In this document: positions 1-9,075 of the stretch, in pieces
Position numbering within the stretch: position 1 is the first letter of the stretch
How the letters are laid out: each line of letters begins with the position of its first letter
NCBI GenBank assembly: GCA_045632785.1
Contig: JAZQXK010000097.1
Location: forward strand, 1,536-65,535
Direction of reading: 5' to 3'
Length of the DNA stretch: 64,000 nt
Origin: Faecousia sp.
Lineage (GTDB): Bacteria > Bacillota > Clostridia > Oscillospirales > Oscillospiraceae
Program-made: the position numbers and the translations under genes
The notes under the pieces: generated by a model
The model's input: only the letters and a program-made list of their open reading frames with translations
Databases searched by the model: none
What the model was told of the DNA's origin: nothing

Positions 1-922
1 GATGGATTAAGTCCAGTCTTCCTTCGATTTCCTCCAGTTCATCCCCGGAGTAGGCAAAATCATCCCGCTTATCCCGCAGTTCTTCTGCCGCATCCTGCAC
101 CTGATACATCAGGTCGGCAATCTTTTCATGAAGTGCTTCCAAGGAAGGGTCAAACCGGGAAATACGAGCCAAAGCTCGTTCTGCCTGTGTCAGTAGACTG
201 GCGGCTCCGTCACTGCTGTCCCCTCCGTAGAGGCTGTAGAAGGCATCGTCGATGCCATCGGACAGCTTTTCCGCATTTTGCAGCAGCTTACGACGGGCTT
301 CCAGTTTATCGTCTTCCCCATCCTTTAGATTGGCACGGGAAATTTCCTCGATCTGGAATTTCAGGGATTCCATTTTCCGCAGCTTTTCACCTTCGTCCAT
401 GGTAAGGCGCTGAATTGCTGCCCGAAGCTGCGAAACTGCCTGGTATTTTTCTATGTAAGATTGCTGGAGTGCTTCATTGCCTGAAAAGGCATCCAAATAT
501 AAAAGATGATAGTTTTCATCAAAAAGCTGCTGAGAGTCCCGCTGTCCGTGGATATTTATCAACTGCAAGCCCAATTTTTTTAGAACAGCAACGGAAACGA
601 TCTGTCCATTGACTCGGCAAGTATTTTTACCATCCAGATAAATGTCTCTTTGGATCAGGATTTCGTCCTCATAATCCACACCGTTTTCTTCAAACCAGGG
701 CAAATTGGGGACTTCGCTGAACACAGCCCGGACTGTTGCTTTACTGGTGCCGGTTCGGATCATATCCCTGTATGCCCGTTCACCCAAAATGGCGGAAATA
801 GCATCAATAACGATGGATTTACCTGCGCCGGTTTCGCCGGTCAGAACATTAAATCCCCGATCAAAGGAAATGTCGGCTTGCTCGATAACGGCAATATTTT
901 CAATATGCAGGTGTGACAGCAT
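1..922 (-). CDS. recN: DNA repair protein RecN (5' part; runs off the window start)
   Basis: My translation from ATG at 922 gives MLSHLHIENIAVIEQADISFDRGFNVLTGETGAGKSIVIDAISAILGER (SMC-type Walker A). SD-like AAGGGG upstream. Position after argR is the usual one. Absent from the ORF track because its stop lies outside the window. Confidence 0.95.
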   Translation of the reverse strand, partial: MLSHLHIENIAVIEQADISFDRGFNVLTGETGAGKSIVIDAISAILGERAYRDMIRTGTSKATVRAVFSEVPNLPWFEENGVDYEDEILIQRDIYLDGKNTCRVNGQIVSVAVLKKLGLQLINIHGQRDSQQLFDENYHLLYLDAFSGNEALQQSYIEKYQAVSQLRAAIQRLTMDEGEKLRKMESLKFQIEEISRANLKDGEDDKLEARRKLLQNAEKLSDGIDDAFYSLYGGDSSDGAASLLTQAERALARISRFDPSLEALHEKIADLMYQVQDAAEELRDKRDDFAYSGDELEEIEGRLDLIH

Positions 923-934
923 AATATCGCCCCT

Positions 935-1420
935 TTAAGCTTCTGTATTATTCTCAATAATTGTGGATTCAGGCTGCTCCGCAACTTGGACAGATTCCTT
1001 TTCTACAGGCTTCTTGGGTCTTCCGGCTCTCAAAATCAAAAAAACCACAACAACAGCTGCAATCAGAACCAAAACCATACCCAGCATCAGGCTTGCCTGC
1101 ACCCAGAAAGGAATAGTGTAGAGATAAGAAATCGTAACTGCCAGAACATTGGCAGTACACAGAGTGATCAGTGCTGTTGCAAACCTACCACAGTGGAACA
1201 ACAGCATCCGGAAGTTATCTGTTAAACCCTCAGTAACTTTGGGTGACTTTTCGAATTGCTCCAAAAAGGAAAGGCCCAAAGCGCTCATAACCAGAAAAGA
1301 TGACAAAACACAAAGTTGGGTTAGGGGCGCCACATCTTGAAACAGATACACAGTACCCAAAATTAACTGCAGGACACTGCCAAGGGTAAAAATACCCAGG
1401 GCAACCAGGATCTTTTTCAT
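935..1420 (-). CDS. Hypothetical multi-pass membrane protein
   Basis: ORF 935..1462. Start moved to MKKILVALG (ATG 1420, GGAGG upstream). About four hydrophobic segments and an acidic tail. Confidence 0.7.
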   Translation of the reverse strand: MKKILVALGIFTLGSVLQLILGTVYLFQDVAPLTQLCVLSSFLVMSALGLSFLEQFEKSPKVTEGLTDNFRMLLFHCGRFATALITLCTANVLAVTISYLYTIPFWVQASLMLGMVLVLIAAVVVVFLILRAGRPKKPVEKESVQVAEQPESTIIENNTEA

Positions 1421-1431
1421 AGTGCCTCCCA

Positions 1432-1884
1432 TCAGTTGAGCAGGTTGCGAATTTCTCCACAAAAAGTAGCAGCGGAATTCACATCACGCATGACCAAAAA
1501 AACAGTATCATCACCGGCAAGCGTGCCAACGACCACGGACATATTCATAGCATCAATGGCGGAAGCGGCAGCTGAAGCAAGACCGGGCAGAGTTTTAATG
1601 ACGATCATATTCTGTGCGTAATCATAGCTGGTAATACACTCCCGGAAGATGGTATTCAACTTGGTGGAGAACGCACTGTCACGGGTCCTTGCGGTGGCGG
1701 CATAACGGTATGTACCAAAGGAGGTCATCTCCTTGGTAATGCACAGTTCTTTAATATCTCTTGAAATGGTGGCCTGGGTGCTGGTGAAGCCATGTTCATG
1801 CAAGGCTTTCAGAAGCTGATCTTGATTCTCGATATCGCAGGTAGAAATGATTTCCATGATCTTTGCTTGTCTTTGCGCTTTCAT
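1432..1884 (-). CDS. argR: Arginine repressor
   Basis: RQAKIMEII..TQATISRDIKEL HTH and VGTLAGDDT arginine-binding motif. Start MKAQ at 1884 after GAGGTG. Confidence 0.96.
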   Translation of the reverse strand: MKAQRQAKIMEIISTCDIENQDQLLKALHEHGFTSTQATISRDIKELCITKEMTSFGTYRYAATARTRDSAFSTKLNTIFRECITSYDYAQNMIVIKTLPGLASAAASAIDAMNMSVVVGTLAGDDTVFLVMRDVNSAATFCGEIRNLLN

Positions 1885-1899
1885 ACTTTCCACCTCATA

Positions 1900-2760
1900 T
1901 TAGGGATTTTTGAATTTTGAGCCTACTACATCAAAAAAGCTGCGGTTGCGAAGCCGTACCAACTTAGTATCAAACTTAGATCTGGTAATATGAACTTCAT
2001 CGCCGTTATTAAGGCGAAGGGCTCTGCCACCGTCTACAGACATGTAGGCGTTGCGTTTGCTACTGCGGTCCAATCGAACCGTGATCTTTCTCCGGTCAGA
2101 GGCCACAATACAACGACTTTGGATATTATGGGCACAGATGGGAGTAATTAGCATGACGCCTGCATCCGGTTCCACAATGGGGCCGCCTGCGGACAGGCTG
2201 TAGGCGGTTGATCCTGTGGGCGTTGCAATGATCACTCCGTCACCGCCAAATTCCATAGCTTGCACACCATCGCACTGCACGCAAAGCCGAACAACACGGG
2301 CAATCGCACCCTTGGTAATGACCACATCGTTAAGACAAGCCTCGGTTTGGATCACTTGACCCTCTCTAACCACGACCACATCCAGCATCCGCCTTGCCTC
2401 GATGCTGTACTCTCCTGCGGCAATCTGGCGCAGCATAGATAGTTCTGTACTTTCCAGTTCAGCAATAAAGCCCATTGTACCTATATTTACCCCTAAAATG
2501 GGAATGTTTGCCTTAGTGGCAGCTTTGGATGAATGAAGGATCGTGCCGTCACCGCCGAAGCAGACCATCATATCCGCAGTGGGAAGCTCTGCTTCCAAAT
2601 CAGAAAAAACGATGTTTTTCGGCAGATCAAAGGTCTTATCTACATCAAAGGGCAGGCAAATCTTCGTTTCGATACCCCCTTCTTCCAGATACTTCTGGGC
2701 AGAGAGGACGAAACGGAAATTTTTATCCCGATATGGGTTTGGTGTGAGTACAATTTTCAT
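1900..2760 (-). CDS. nadK: NAD(+) kinase
   Basis: GGDGT, NDVVI and ATPTGSTAYSLSAGGP motifs. Confidence 0.96.
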   Translation of the reverse strand: MKIVLTPNPYRDKNFRFVLSAQKYLEEGGIETKICLPFDVDKTFDLPKNIVFSDLEAELPTADMMVCFGGDGTILHSSKAATKANIPILGVNIGTMGFIAELESTELSMLRQIAAGEYSIEARRMLDVVVVREGQVIQTEACLNDVVITKGAIARVVRLCVQCDGVQAMEFGGDGVIIATPTGSTAYSLSAGGPIVEPDAGVMLITPICAHNIQSRCIVASDRRKITVRLDRSSKRNAYMSVDGGRALRLNNGDEVHITRSKFDTKLVRLRNRSFFDVVGSKFKNP

Positions 2761-3569
2761 AGTGTATTCTCTCCCAGTTTTTGATGGGCTTGCTTTACAA
2801 TATCTGCGGTATCAGGCTCAATCCCCTGAACATCAGCAAGAGTCAAGTGACCCAGAAACTCAATATTTCCCTCCGGACCTTTTACAGGAGAATAGGTAAG
2901 CCCAAGGATGTTAAACCTAAGTTCGTGAGCTAGGGAAACAAAGGCATCCAAAACCTCTTTATGCACAGCCTTATCCCGTACGACCCCCTTCTTGCCCACC
3001 TTTTCTTTTCCGGCCTCAAACTGAGGCTTAATCAGGCACAGAACCTGGCCCGTAGATTTCAAAAGATTCTTAATAGCAGGAAGGACAATTTTAAGCGAAA
3101 TAAAGGAAACATCCACAACAGACAGATCCAGAGGTTCTCCCAAGTCATTCGGTGTTACATAACGGATGTTTGTCCGCTCCATGGTTACAACTCTGGGATC
3201 AGAGCGGATGGCCCATGCGAGTTGACCATAGCCAACATCAATGGCAAACACTTTTTTGGCGCCATGCTGCAGCAAACAATCAGTAAACCCTCCAGTGGAA
3301 GCACCGGAATCGCTGCAAACATAACCGGTAGGGTCAACACCAAAGTCCCGCAAAGCTTTCTCCAACTTTAAGCCGCCTCTGCTGACATAGGGGCAAACAC
3401 TGCCTCTGACTTCAATAGGAGCATTATCTTCGAAGGACATACCTGCTTTATCGGCCTTTTGTCCATTTACAAACACAAGGCCACTCATAATTAAGGCCTG
3501 TGCTTTTGCTCTGGATTCTGCGTACCCCTGCTCCACAAGGAGTACATCCAACCGCTTTTTACTTTTCAC
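2757..3569 (-). CDS. tlyA: TlyA-family rRNA methyltransferase (S4 + FtsJ)
   Basis: KKRLDVLLVEQG, YVSRGGLKLEKAL, DVGYGQL and LIKPQFEAG motifs. Likely GTG start at 3569, overlapping the dxs stop. Confidence 0.95.
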   Translation of the reverse strand: MKSKKRLDVLLVEQGYAESRAKAQALIMSGLVFVNGQKADKAGMSFEDNAPIEVRGSVCPYVSRGGLKLEKALRDFGVDPTGYVCSDSGASTGGFTDCLLQHGAKKVFAIDVGYGQLAWAIRSDPRVVTMERTNIRYVTPNDLGEPLDLSVVDVSFISLKIVLPAIKNLLKSTGQVLCLIKPQFEAGKEKVGKKGVVRDKAVHKEVLDAFVSLAHELRFNILGLTYSPVKGPEGNIEFLGHLTLADVQGIEPDTADIVKQAHQKLGENTL

Positions 3570-5406
3570 GGCGAAAGACCTCCTCTGCTCTTCGTACAAT
3601 TGCCTGTGTATCCAGATTTAATAAATTATACAGCTCATCCACAGTACCGTGCGTGACAAAATGATCGCCTACATTTTGTGCCCCAAACACCACAGGAATG
3701 CCTCTTTGGCTTAACTTTTCAATGAGTTCATTGCTTACGCTGCCAACACCCATAGCTTCTTCAACAACCAGCAGCCTGCCAGTCTTGCGGACAGAATTAG
3801 TAATTGTTTCCATGTCCAGAGGCTTAATCGAACGCAGGCGAAGAACCTCTGCTTCGATGCCTCTCTCCCTGAGAAGTGCTGCTGCCTCCAGAACCTTATT
3901 GGTTAGTGTGCCATAGGTAACGATGGTAATATCCTTACCGATACAATGTACAGTTTCTCTGCCGGATGTAAGGTGTTTTCCGTCGCCGCCCCTGGGATAG
4001 CGGATGGCAACAGGCCCCTCGCACTTTTCAACAGCCCAGGTAAGCATTTCTTTTAGCTCTTTCCGGCTGCTGGGACAAAGGACGGTCAAACCAGGCATCT
4101 GGCGTAGGAAGCCAACATCAAATAGACCATGATGGGTTTCGCCATCGTCCCCGACAAGACCGGCTCGGTCAACAGCAAAAATAACATGGAGATGGAGCAT
4201 CGCAACATCTTGCATAATCATATCGTATGCTCTCTGCAGGAATGTTGAGTATACGGCTACCACGGGGATCATGCCCGCCTTTGCCAGTCCGCCGGCCATA
4301 GAGACTGCATGTCCCTCTGCAATACCCACATCAAAAGTGCGTTCAGGGTAGGCATTCTGGAAAGGAGACAGCCCTGTACCGGAAGGCATGGCAGCAGTAA
4401 TGGCACAAAGCCGGGGCTCTCTTTTTCCCAGCTCCACCATGGTTTCTCCGAAAGCTGAGGAAAAGTTGGGAGAAGATGACTTCTTTGTCCCCCCGGTCTT
4501 TGGATCAAAGGGAGCAATGCCATGGAACCGGCTGGGTTCTTTCTCTGCCGGTGCATATCCCCTTCCCTTTTGGGTGGTTACATGAAGCAGAACCGGACAA
4601 GCCATCTCTTTTGCTACCTGCAAAAGCTGAATCAGTCTTGGCAAATCATGTCCATCCACAGGCCCAATGTATTCGAAGCCCATGTTTTCAAATATGGTCT
4701 GTCTAAGGAACTGATTCTTGACCATATTCTTGAGTTTTCTGGTTACACGATAGACAAATTTTCCGCCAGGCACCTTGTGCATAAAGGACTTATAAGATCG
4801 CTTTTTATTAAAATAACCTGGCTTTGCACGGATGCGGGATAAGTGCTGTGCAATACCGCCTACATTTTGAGCAATAGACATCTTGTTGTCGTTAAGCACC
4901 ACAATAATAGGCTCACCGCTGGCTGCAGCATCATTTAACCCTTCGTAGGCTAGCCCACCGGTGGTGGCGCCGTCACCGATCAGGGCGATTACATTGTAAT
5001 TTTCTTTTTGCAAGGTTCTGGCCCTTGCCATACCAAGGGCAATGGAAACAGAGTTGGAGGCATGGCCTGCAACGAAAGAATCGGTAATGCTTTCAGAGGG
5101 CTTCGGGAAGCCTGCAATACCGCCAAAACGCCGCAGAGAAGAAAATTGATCTCTGCGGTCTGTAAGAATCTTATGCACATAGGACTGATGACCCACATCG
5201 AAAACCAGTCTGTCTGTTCTTGTGTCAAACACAGTTTCCAATGCAAGAGTCAATTCAACAGCCCCCAAATTGGAAGCCAGATGACCACCGGTTTCGGAAA
5301 CCTTTTCAACCAGAAAATCCCGAAGTTCCTGACAAAGGGACTGTTGCTCGTTCGGTTTCAGTTTTATCAGATCATCATGACCTTGAATTCTATCTAAAAT
5401 ACCCAA
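3559..5406 (-). CDS. dxs: 1-deoxy-D-xylulose-5-phosphate synthase
   Basis: GGHLASNLG, FDVGHQSYVHK, GDGA..G, LNDN, DVGIAE and DGETHHG motifs. Confidence 0.98.
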   Translation of the reverse strand: MGILDRIQGHDDLIKLKPNEQQSLCQELRDFLVEKVSETGGHLASNLGAVELTLALETVFDTRTDRLVFDVGHQSYVHKILTDRRDQFSSLRRFGGIAGFPKPSESITDSFVAGHASNSVSIALGMARARTLQKENYNVIALIGDGATTGGLAYEGLNDAAASGEPIIVVLNDNKMSIAQNVGGIAQHLSRIRAKPGYFNKKRSYKSFMHKVPGGKFVYRVTRKLKNMVKNQFLRQTIFENMGFEYIGPVDGHDLPRLIQLLQVAKEMACPVLLHVTTQKGRGYAPAEKEPSRFHGIAPFDPKTGGTKKSSSPNFSSAFGETMVELGKREPRLCAITAAMPSGTGLSPFQNAYPERTFDVGIAEGHAVSMAGGLAKAGMIPVVAVYSTFLQRAYDMIMQDVAMLHLHVIFAVDRAGLVGDDGETHHGLFDVGFLRQMPGLTVLCPSSRKELKEMLTWAVEKCEGPVAIRYPRGGDGKHLTSGRETVHCIGKDITIVTYGTLTNKVLEAAALLRERGIEAEVLRLRSIKPLDMETITNSVRKTGRLLVVEEAMGVGSVSNELIEKLSQRGIPVVFGAQNVGDHFVTHGTVDELYNLLNLDTQAIVRRAEEVFRREK

Positions 5407-5427
5407 GGATAACCATCTACCTATAAT

Positions 5428-6033
5428 TTATTTCTTTTGGCAGCCCTTATTTCTCCCTAAAGAGAAGATACTGCGAACCCAGTGAATAACCTTTGCAGTA
5501 GTAAAAACGATGGAGGTGCATGAATGGATCGCCATGCTCTTGCCAATTGCCTTGCCACCAACAGTAAGACCTGCAACAAGCGCAGACAGCGCAAGACTAA
5601 TAACATCTTCCGGAAGTCCTTGGAAGTTCATCAAAACTCTGGCTGTAATAGTAGCTGCTGCAGCACCGGAAACAACGCCGCAAATATCACCTACAACATC
5701 ATTACAAACAGAAGAAACCCGATCCGCATTGCGAAGCAGACGGATAGCTTCCGCAGCTCCGGGGACTTTCTTAGCTGCCATGGAATGAAAGGGGCGTTCT
5801 TCCGCAGAAGCTACGGCAACACCGACCACATCAAAAATAATACCTAAAAGTACTATGAGCAATAAAATCAGGCAGGCAACCACCATCCCGGAGGCTTCCA
5901 TCAAAAGATCAGAAGCGAAGGAAATCGTACCAGAAACCAAAATGGTTGCCAGAAAAACACCGATTGCCCAACTGGTATTGGACTTTTTTTGCTTTTTATC
6001 TTGTTTGCCTGGATGAGGATCAGCTTTAGCCAA
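5428..6033 (-). CDS. oapA: OLE-associated protein A (DUF21/CNNM-like membrane protein)
   Basis: GIIFDVVGVA, PFHSMAAKK and CNDVVGDICG (DxxxD at D112/D116) motifs. Immediately downstream of the OLE-like RNA and upstream of dxs, the established oapA position. TTG start after GAGGTG. Confidence 0.88.
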   Translation of the reverse strand: MAKADPHPGKQDKKQKKSNTSWAIGVFLATILVSGTISFASDLLMEASGMVVACLILLLIVLLGIIFDVVGVAVASAEERPFHSMAAKKVPGAAEAIRLLRNADRVSSVCNDVVGDICGVVSGAAAATITARVLMNFQGLPEDVISLALSALVAGLTVGGKAIGKSMAIHSCTSIVFTTAKVIHWVRSIFSLGRNKGCQKK

Positions 6034-6067
6034 TCGAGATGCACCTCTTTAATTGCAAAAATAGTAA

Positions 6068-6671
6068 GGCGGCGGCAGTCAGGGTAAACTTTACGGCTTA
6101 GGTCGGGTTGGTTTTCCCCACCGAGAACTCCCCGTTGCCGAAGGAGCGGTTTCCCTTTGATCTCGGCCTCCGGTTGTTACCAAGTCGGCTACCCGATTGC
6201 CACTGAGTCCGTACTGCAATCCCCTGACTGCCTGAACTACAGCCTAGGTGATTTCCACAGCAGAACATTCCAACTCTTAGCCTCTTTTGCAGATATAGTT
6301 TCCGGGGCGATAGTTGCTTTAACCCTTGGCCACGAGCAAAGAACTTTTTTCCCCTTCCCCGCATACCCACGCAAGGCAGGCTACACTGCACACAGCACGC
6401 GATTCTGCGCACTGCAATGCAGGTTCACATCTGTTTCGTACGCGGTCTTGGAGCCACAGGGCTCGCCATAGCCGTCGCACAATAGCAGGTCTCCACGGAA
6501 ACCGGGTCGTATACTCCATGCCATTGGAGTGCGCCCGGGATCCTTAACCCCCAGCACCCACCCCAAACTGGGCGTAAGCAGCAGGCACAAGGGACTTCAT
6601 CGATATGCCCTTCAAAGGATTTTTAGGCCCTTCTTGGGAGTTGGCAGTTCCGACTAGGATACTGCGCCGCC
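6068..6671 (-). ncRNA. ole: OLE RNA (ornate, large, extremophilic)
   Basis: About 604 nt of GC-rich, hairpin-dense sequence without a credible ORF. The ends pair (5' GGCGGC-GCAGU ... ACUGC-C-GCCGCC 3'). The 5' GCAGUAUCCUAGUCGG and 3' CCCUGACUGC resemble OLE termini as I recall them. Length and ispA-ole-oapA-dxs synteny are those of ole. Confidence 0.88.
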
Positions 6672-6677
6672 AAATAC

Positions 6678-6706
6678 ATCATAACACATAATTTATGAAT
6701 ATACAA
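6678..6706 (-). promoter_or_regulatory. SigA-type promoter of ole
   Basis: TTGTAT-17 nt-TATGAT with a TG extension. The -10 box ends 6 nt before the predicted RNA 5' end. Confidence 0.65.
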
Positions 6707-6748
6707 GGGTTTATGCAAAATTTCTTCTACATAAACCCTTGTAAAATC

Positions 6749-7624
6749 TTATTTACTTCTGGAAATCAGGTAATTTGACAGTTCTTCCATAAAAACGTAG
6801 TCCGAGAATGTATGCAGGGCATTGACTGCAAGGCTTGTATGCTCTGCGACCATTTCTTCACACTTTTTTAAGCCAAAGAGACGACAGAAGGTGTTTTTTG
6901 CTTCATCTGTGCCAACTGCCTTACCAAGTTCCGTCGGATCGCCGACCACATCCAGGATATCATCCCGAATTTGGAAAGCAAGCCCCAGATTAGCCGCAAA
7001 GTCGGACGCGGCCTCTATTTGCTTTTCTGATCCGCAACCGGCAATCACACCCAAAATACAGGCGGCACGGATCAAAGCACCGGTCTTACGACTTTGAATG
7101 TCTAATATCTCCTGTTTGGTACATTCACGTGTTTCGGCAGTAATATCCAAAATCTGTCCGCCTACCATACCCAACTCGCCGGCACACCGGGAAAGCATCG
7201 ATACTGCCCTTACAATGGTGTCTGAAGGTAAAGGTGCTTTTGTCAACCAGCCAAAAGAGGCGGTAAGCAATGCATCGCCAGCCAAAACAGCAGTAGCCTC
7301 CCCATACACCTTATGATTTGTAGGCATTCCCCGGCGGAAGTCATCATCGTCCATACAAGGAAGATCGTCATGGATCAAACTATAGGTCTGGATCATCTCC
7401 ACAGCAGCGGCAAAAGGCATGGCATCTTCGTAAGTACCGCCGCACATCCTGCAAAACTCCAGCGTCATTACAGGACGAAGTCGTTTTCCTCCCGCAAGTA
7501 AGCTATAGCGCATAGAATCAAAAAGTGCCTGCTGAGGCTCTGTGGGGTAAATAAAGCAATTCTCTTTCAGGTAATTTTCAATTAGGGCTTGGCGGACCTT
7601 CAGTTCTTCAGCAAAATTATTCAT
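6749..7624 (-). CDS. ispA: Geranyltranstransferase / FPP synthase
   Basis: GGKRLRP, LIHDDLPCMDDDDFRRG and FQIRDDILD motifs. Start moved to MNNF at 7624. Confidence 0.96.
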   Translation of the reverse strand: MNNFAEELKVRQALIENYLKENCFIYPTEPQQALFDSMRYSLLAGGKRLRPVMTLEFCRMCGGTYEDAMPFAAAVEMIQTYSLIHDDLPCMDDDDFRRGMPTNHKVYGEATAVLAGDALLTASFGWLTKAPLPSDTIVRAVSMLSRCAGELGMVGGQILDITAETRECTKQEILDIQSRKTGALIRAACILGVIAGCGSEKQIEAASDFAANLGLAFQIRDDILDVVGDPTELGKAVGTDEAKNTFCRLFGLKKCEEMVAEHTSLAVNALHTFSDYVFMEELSNYLISRSK

Positions 7625-7856
7625 GGAATGCCACCTCCGATTCCTCCGGCTGTCCGTCTGCGCCAACAGTAATCATAGTAATTTTCTGTTGTGCAGACTC
7701 TAAAAGTTCATCACACCGACGAACAAGGGCAGTCCCCTCTTCCAGCAGCTTTAAGGATTCTTCCAGAGGGAGATCGCCCTGCTCCATTAAGCGCACAATC
7801 TCTTCCAATCGATTCATGGATGCTTCAAAGGTAGGCTCTGATTTCTTCTTAGCCAT
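7617..7856 (-). CDS. xseB: Exodeoxyribonuclease VII small subunit
   Basis: FEASMNRLEEIVRLME.GDLPLEESLKLLEEG motif. Follows xseA. Confidence 0.95.
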   Translation of the reverse strand: MAKKKSEPTFEASMNRLEEIVRLMEQGDLPLEESLKLLEEGTALVRRCDELLESAQQKITMITVGADGQPEESEVAFHE

Positions 7857-9075
7857 GCTTTTCTTCCTCCTTCAATTCAGTGATATCTGTAACGTTGGCT
7901 CGGATCAAGCCCTCCGCCAGTTGGATAGAGAGGTGTTCACCTACAGCGGTTTGTTTGGCCGAGCGAAGAATATCACCTTTATGATTCTGCACTACAGCAT
8001 AGCCCCGAGCTATGACTTTGAGGGGGCTCATAGCATCCAGGGATGCAGTCAGGCCAATGAACTTTTGCCGCTTTTGCGCAGTTTGCTTATCCATGGAAGC
8101 TGTTAGCCTTCTATGGAGATTATCTAAATACAGCCGCTTGTTGTCAAACAGCCCCTCCGGGCTCCTTAGGATTCTGGAACTCTTCAGGATCTTTAGCTTG
8201 TTCTCTGCGCCACGGAATTGCCTGCTGACAGATGACAGCATCGATCTGTTATATGCCTGCATCAAGGCCAAAAGCTCCTCTCGTTCTGGAACGGCGAGTT
8301 CAGCGCCATTGGAGGGCGTTGCTGCCCGAAGATCCGCTACATAGTCACAGATGGTCACATCCGGCTCATGTCCGACAGCTGAAATAATGGGTATTTCGGA
8401 ATCATACACAGCCCTTGCAACGATCTCCTCATTGAAAGCCCACAAATCCTCCATACTGCCGCCGCCTCTGCCGGTAATAATCAGGTCGCCTACGTGATGG
8501 GCGTTGGCATAGCGGATGGCAGAGGCTATCTCCCCTGGGGCTTCCGCACCCTGTACCCGAACAGGAAGGATGGACACTGCGGCAATGGGGTATCTCTTAT
8601 GCAGAATGCGAAGCATATCCTGAATAGCTGCTCCCGCAGGGGATGTAATAATGACGATCTTCCGGGGATATTTAGGGATTGGCTTCTTATGCTCCCGGTC
8701 AAACAAGCCCTGCTCTTCCAGTTTCTTTTTTAGCTGTTCAAACGCAACGTGGAGATCGCCCTTTCCATCATGCATAATTCCTGTGCAATAAAGCTGATAT
8801 GCACCGTCTCTGGGGTATACGGATATGCGGCCCATAGCCAGAACCTGCATCCCGTTTTCCGGCCGAAACCGCAGACGAAACGCACTGGACTTAAACATAA
8901 CACATTTTAACGCCCCGCCGGCATCCTTCAAACTAAAATAGTGGTGTCCGGATGGGTATACCTTATAATTGCTGATCTCGCCACGGATACAAAGCCCAGA
9001 AAGCAGTAGATCATTGTCCATCATATGCTGAATGTAGCTGTTAACTGCGCTGACTGATAAAATCTCCTGCTGCAT
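7849..9075 (-). CDS. xseA: Exodeoxyribonuclease VII large subunit
   Basis: GEISN..SGHHYFSLKD, GRGGGSMEDLWAFN, SAVGHE.D and ATPSNGAE motifs. Confidence 0.97.
   Translation of the reverse strand: MQQEILSVSAVNSYIQHMMDNDLLLSGLCIRGEISNYKVYPSGHHYFSLKDAGGALKCVMFKSSAFRLRFRPENGMQVLAMGRISVYPRDGAYQLYCTGIMHDGKGDLHVAFEQLKKKLEEQGLFDREHKKPIPKYPRKIVIITSPAGAAIQDMLRILHKRYPIAAVSILPVRVQGAEAPGEIASAIRYANAHHVGDLIITGRGGGSMEDLWAFNEEIVARAVYDSEIPIISAVGHEPDVTICDYVADLRAATPSNGAELAVPEREELLALMQAYNRSMLSSVSRQFRGAENKLKILKSSRILRSPEGLFDNKRLYLDNLHRRLTASMDKQTAQKRQKFIGLTASLDAMSPLKVIARGYAVVQNHKGDILRSAKQTAVGEHLSIQLAEGLIRANVTDITELKEEEKHG

Noticed and set aside
6068-6671. RNase P RNA, tmRNA or group I/II intron as the identity of the long structured spacer; also the small ORFs called inside it
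   Set aside because: No GAGGAAAGUCC RNase P core, no tRNA-like CCA end or tag ORF, and no intron domain V. Length and synteny fit OLE. The ORFs lack SD sequences and recognisable motifs.
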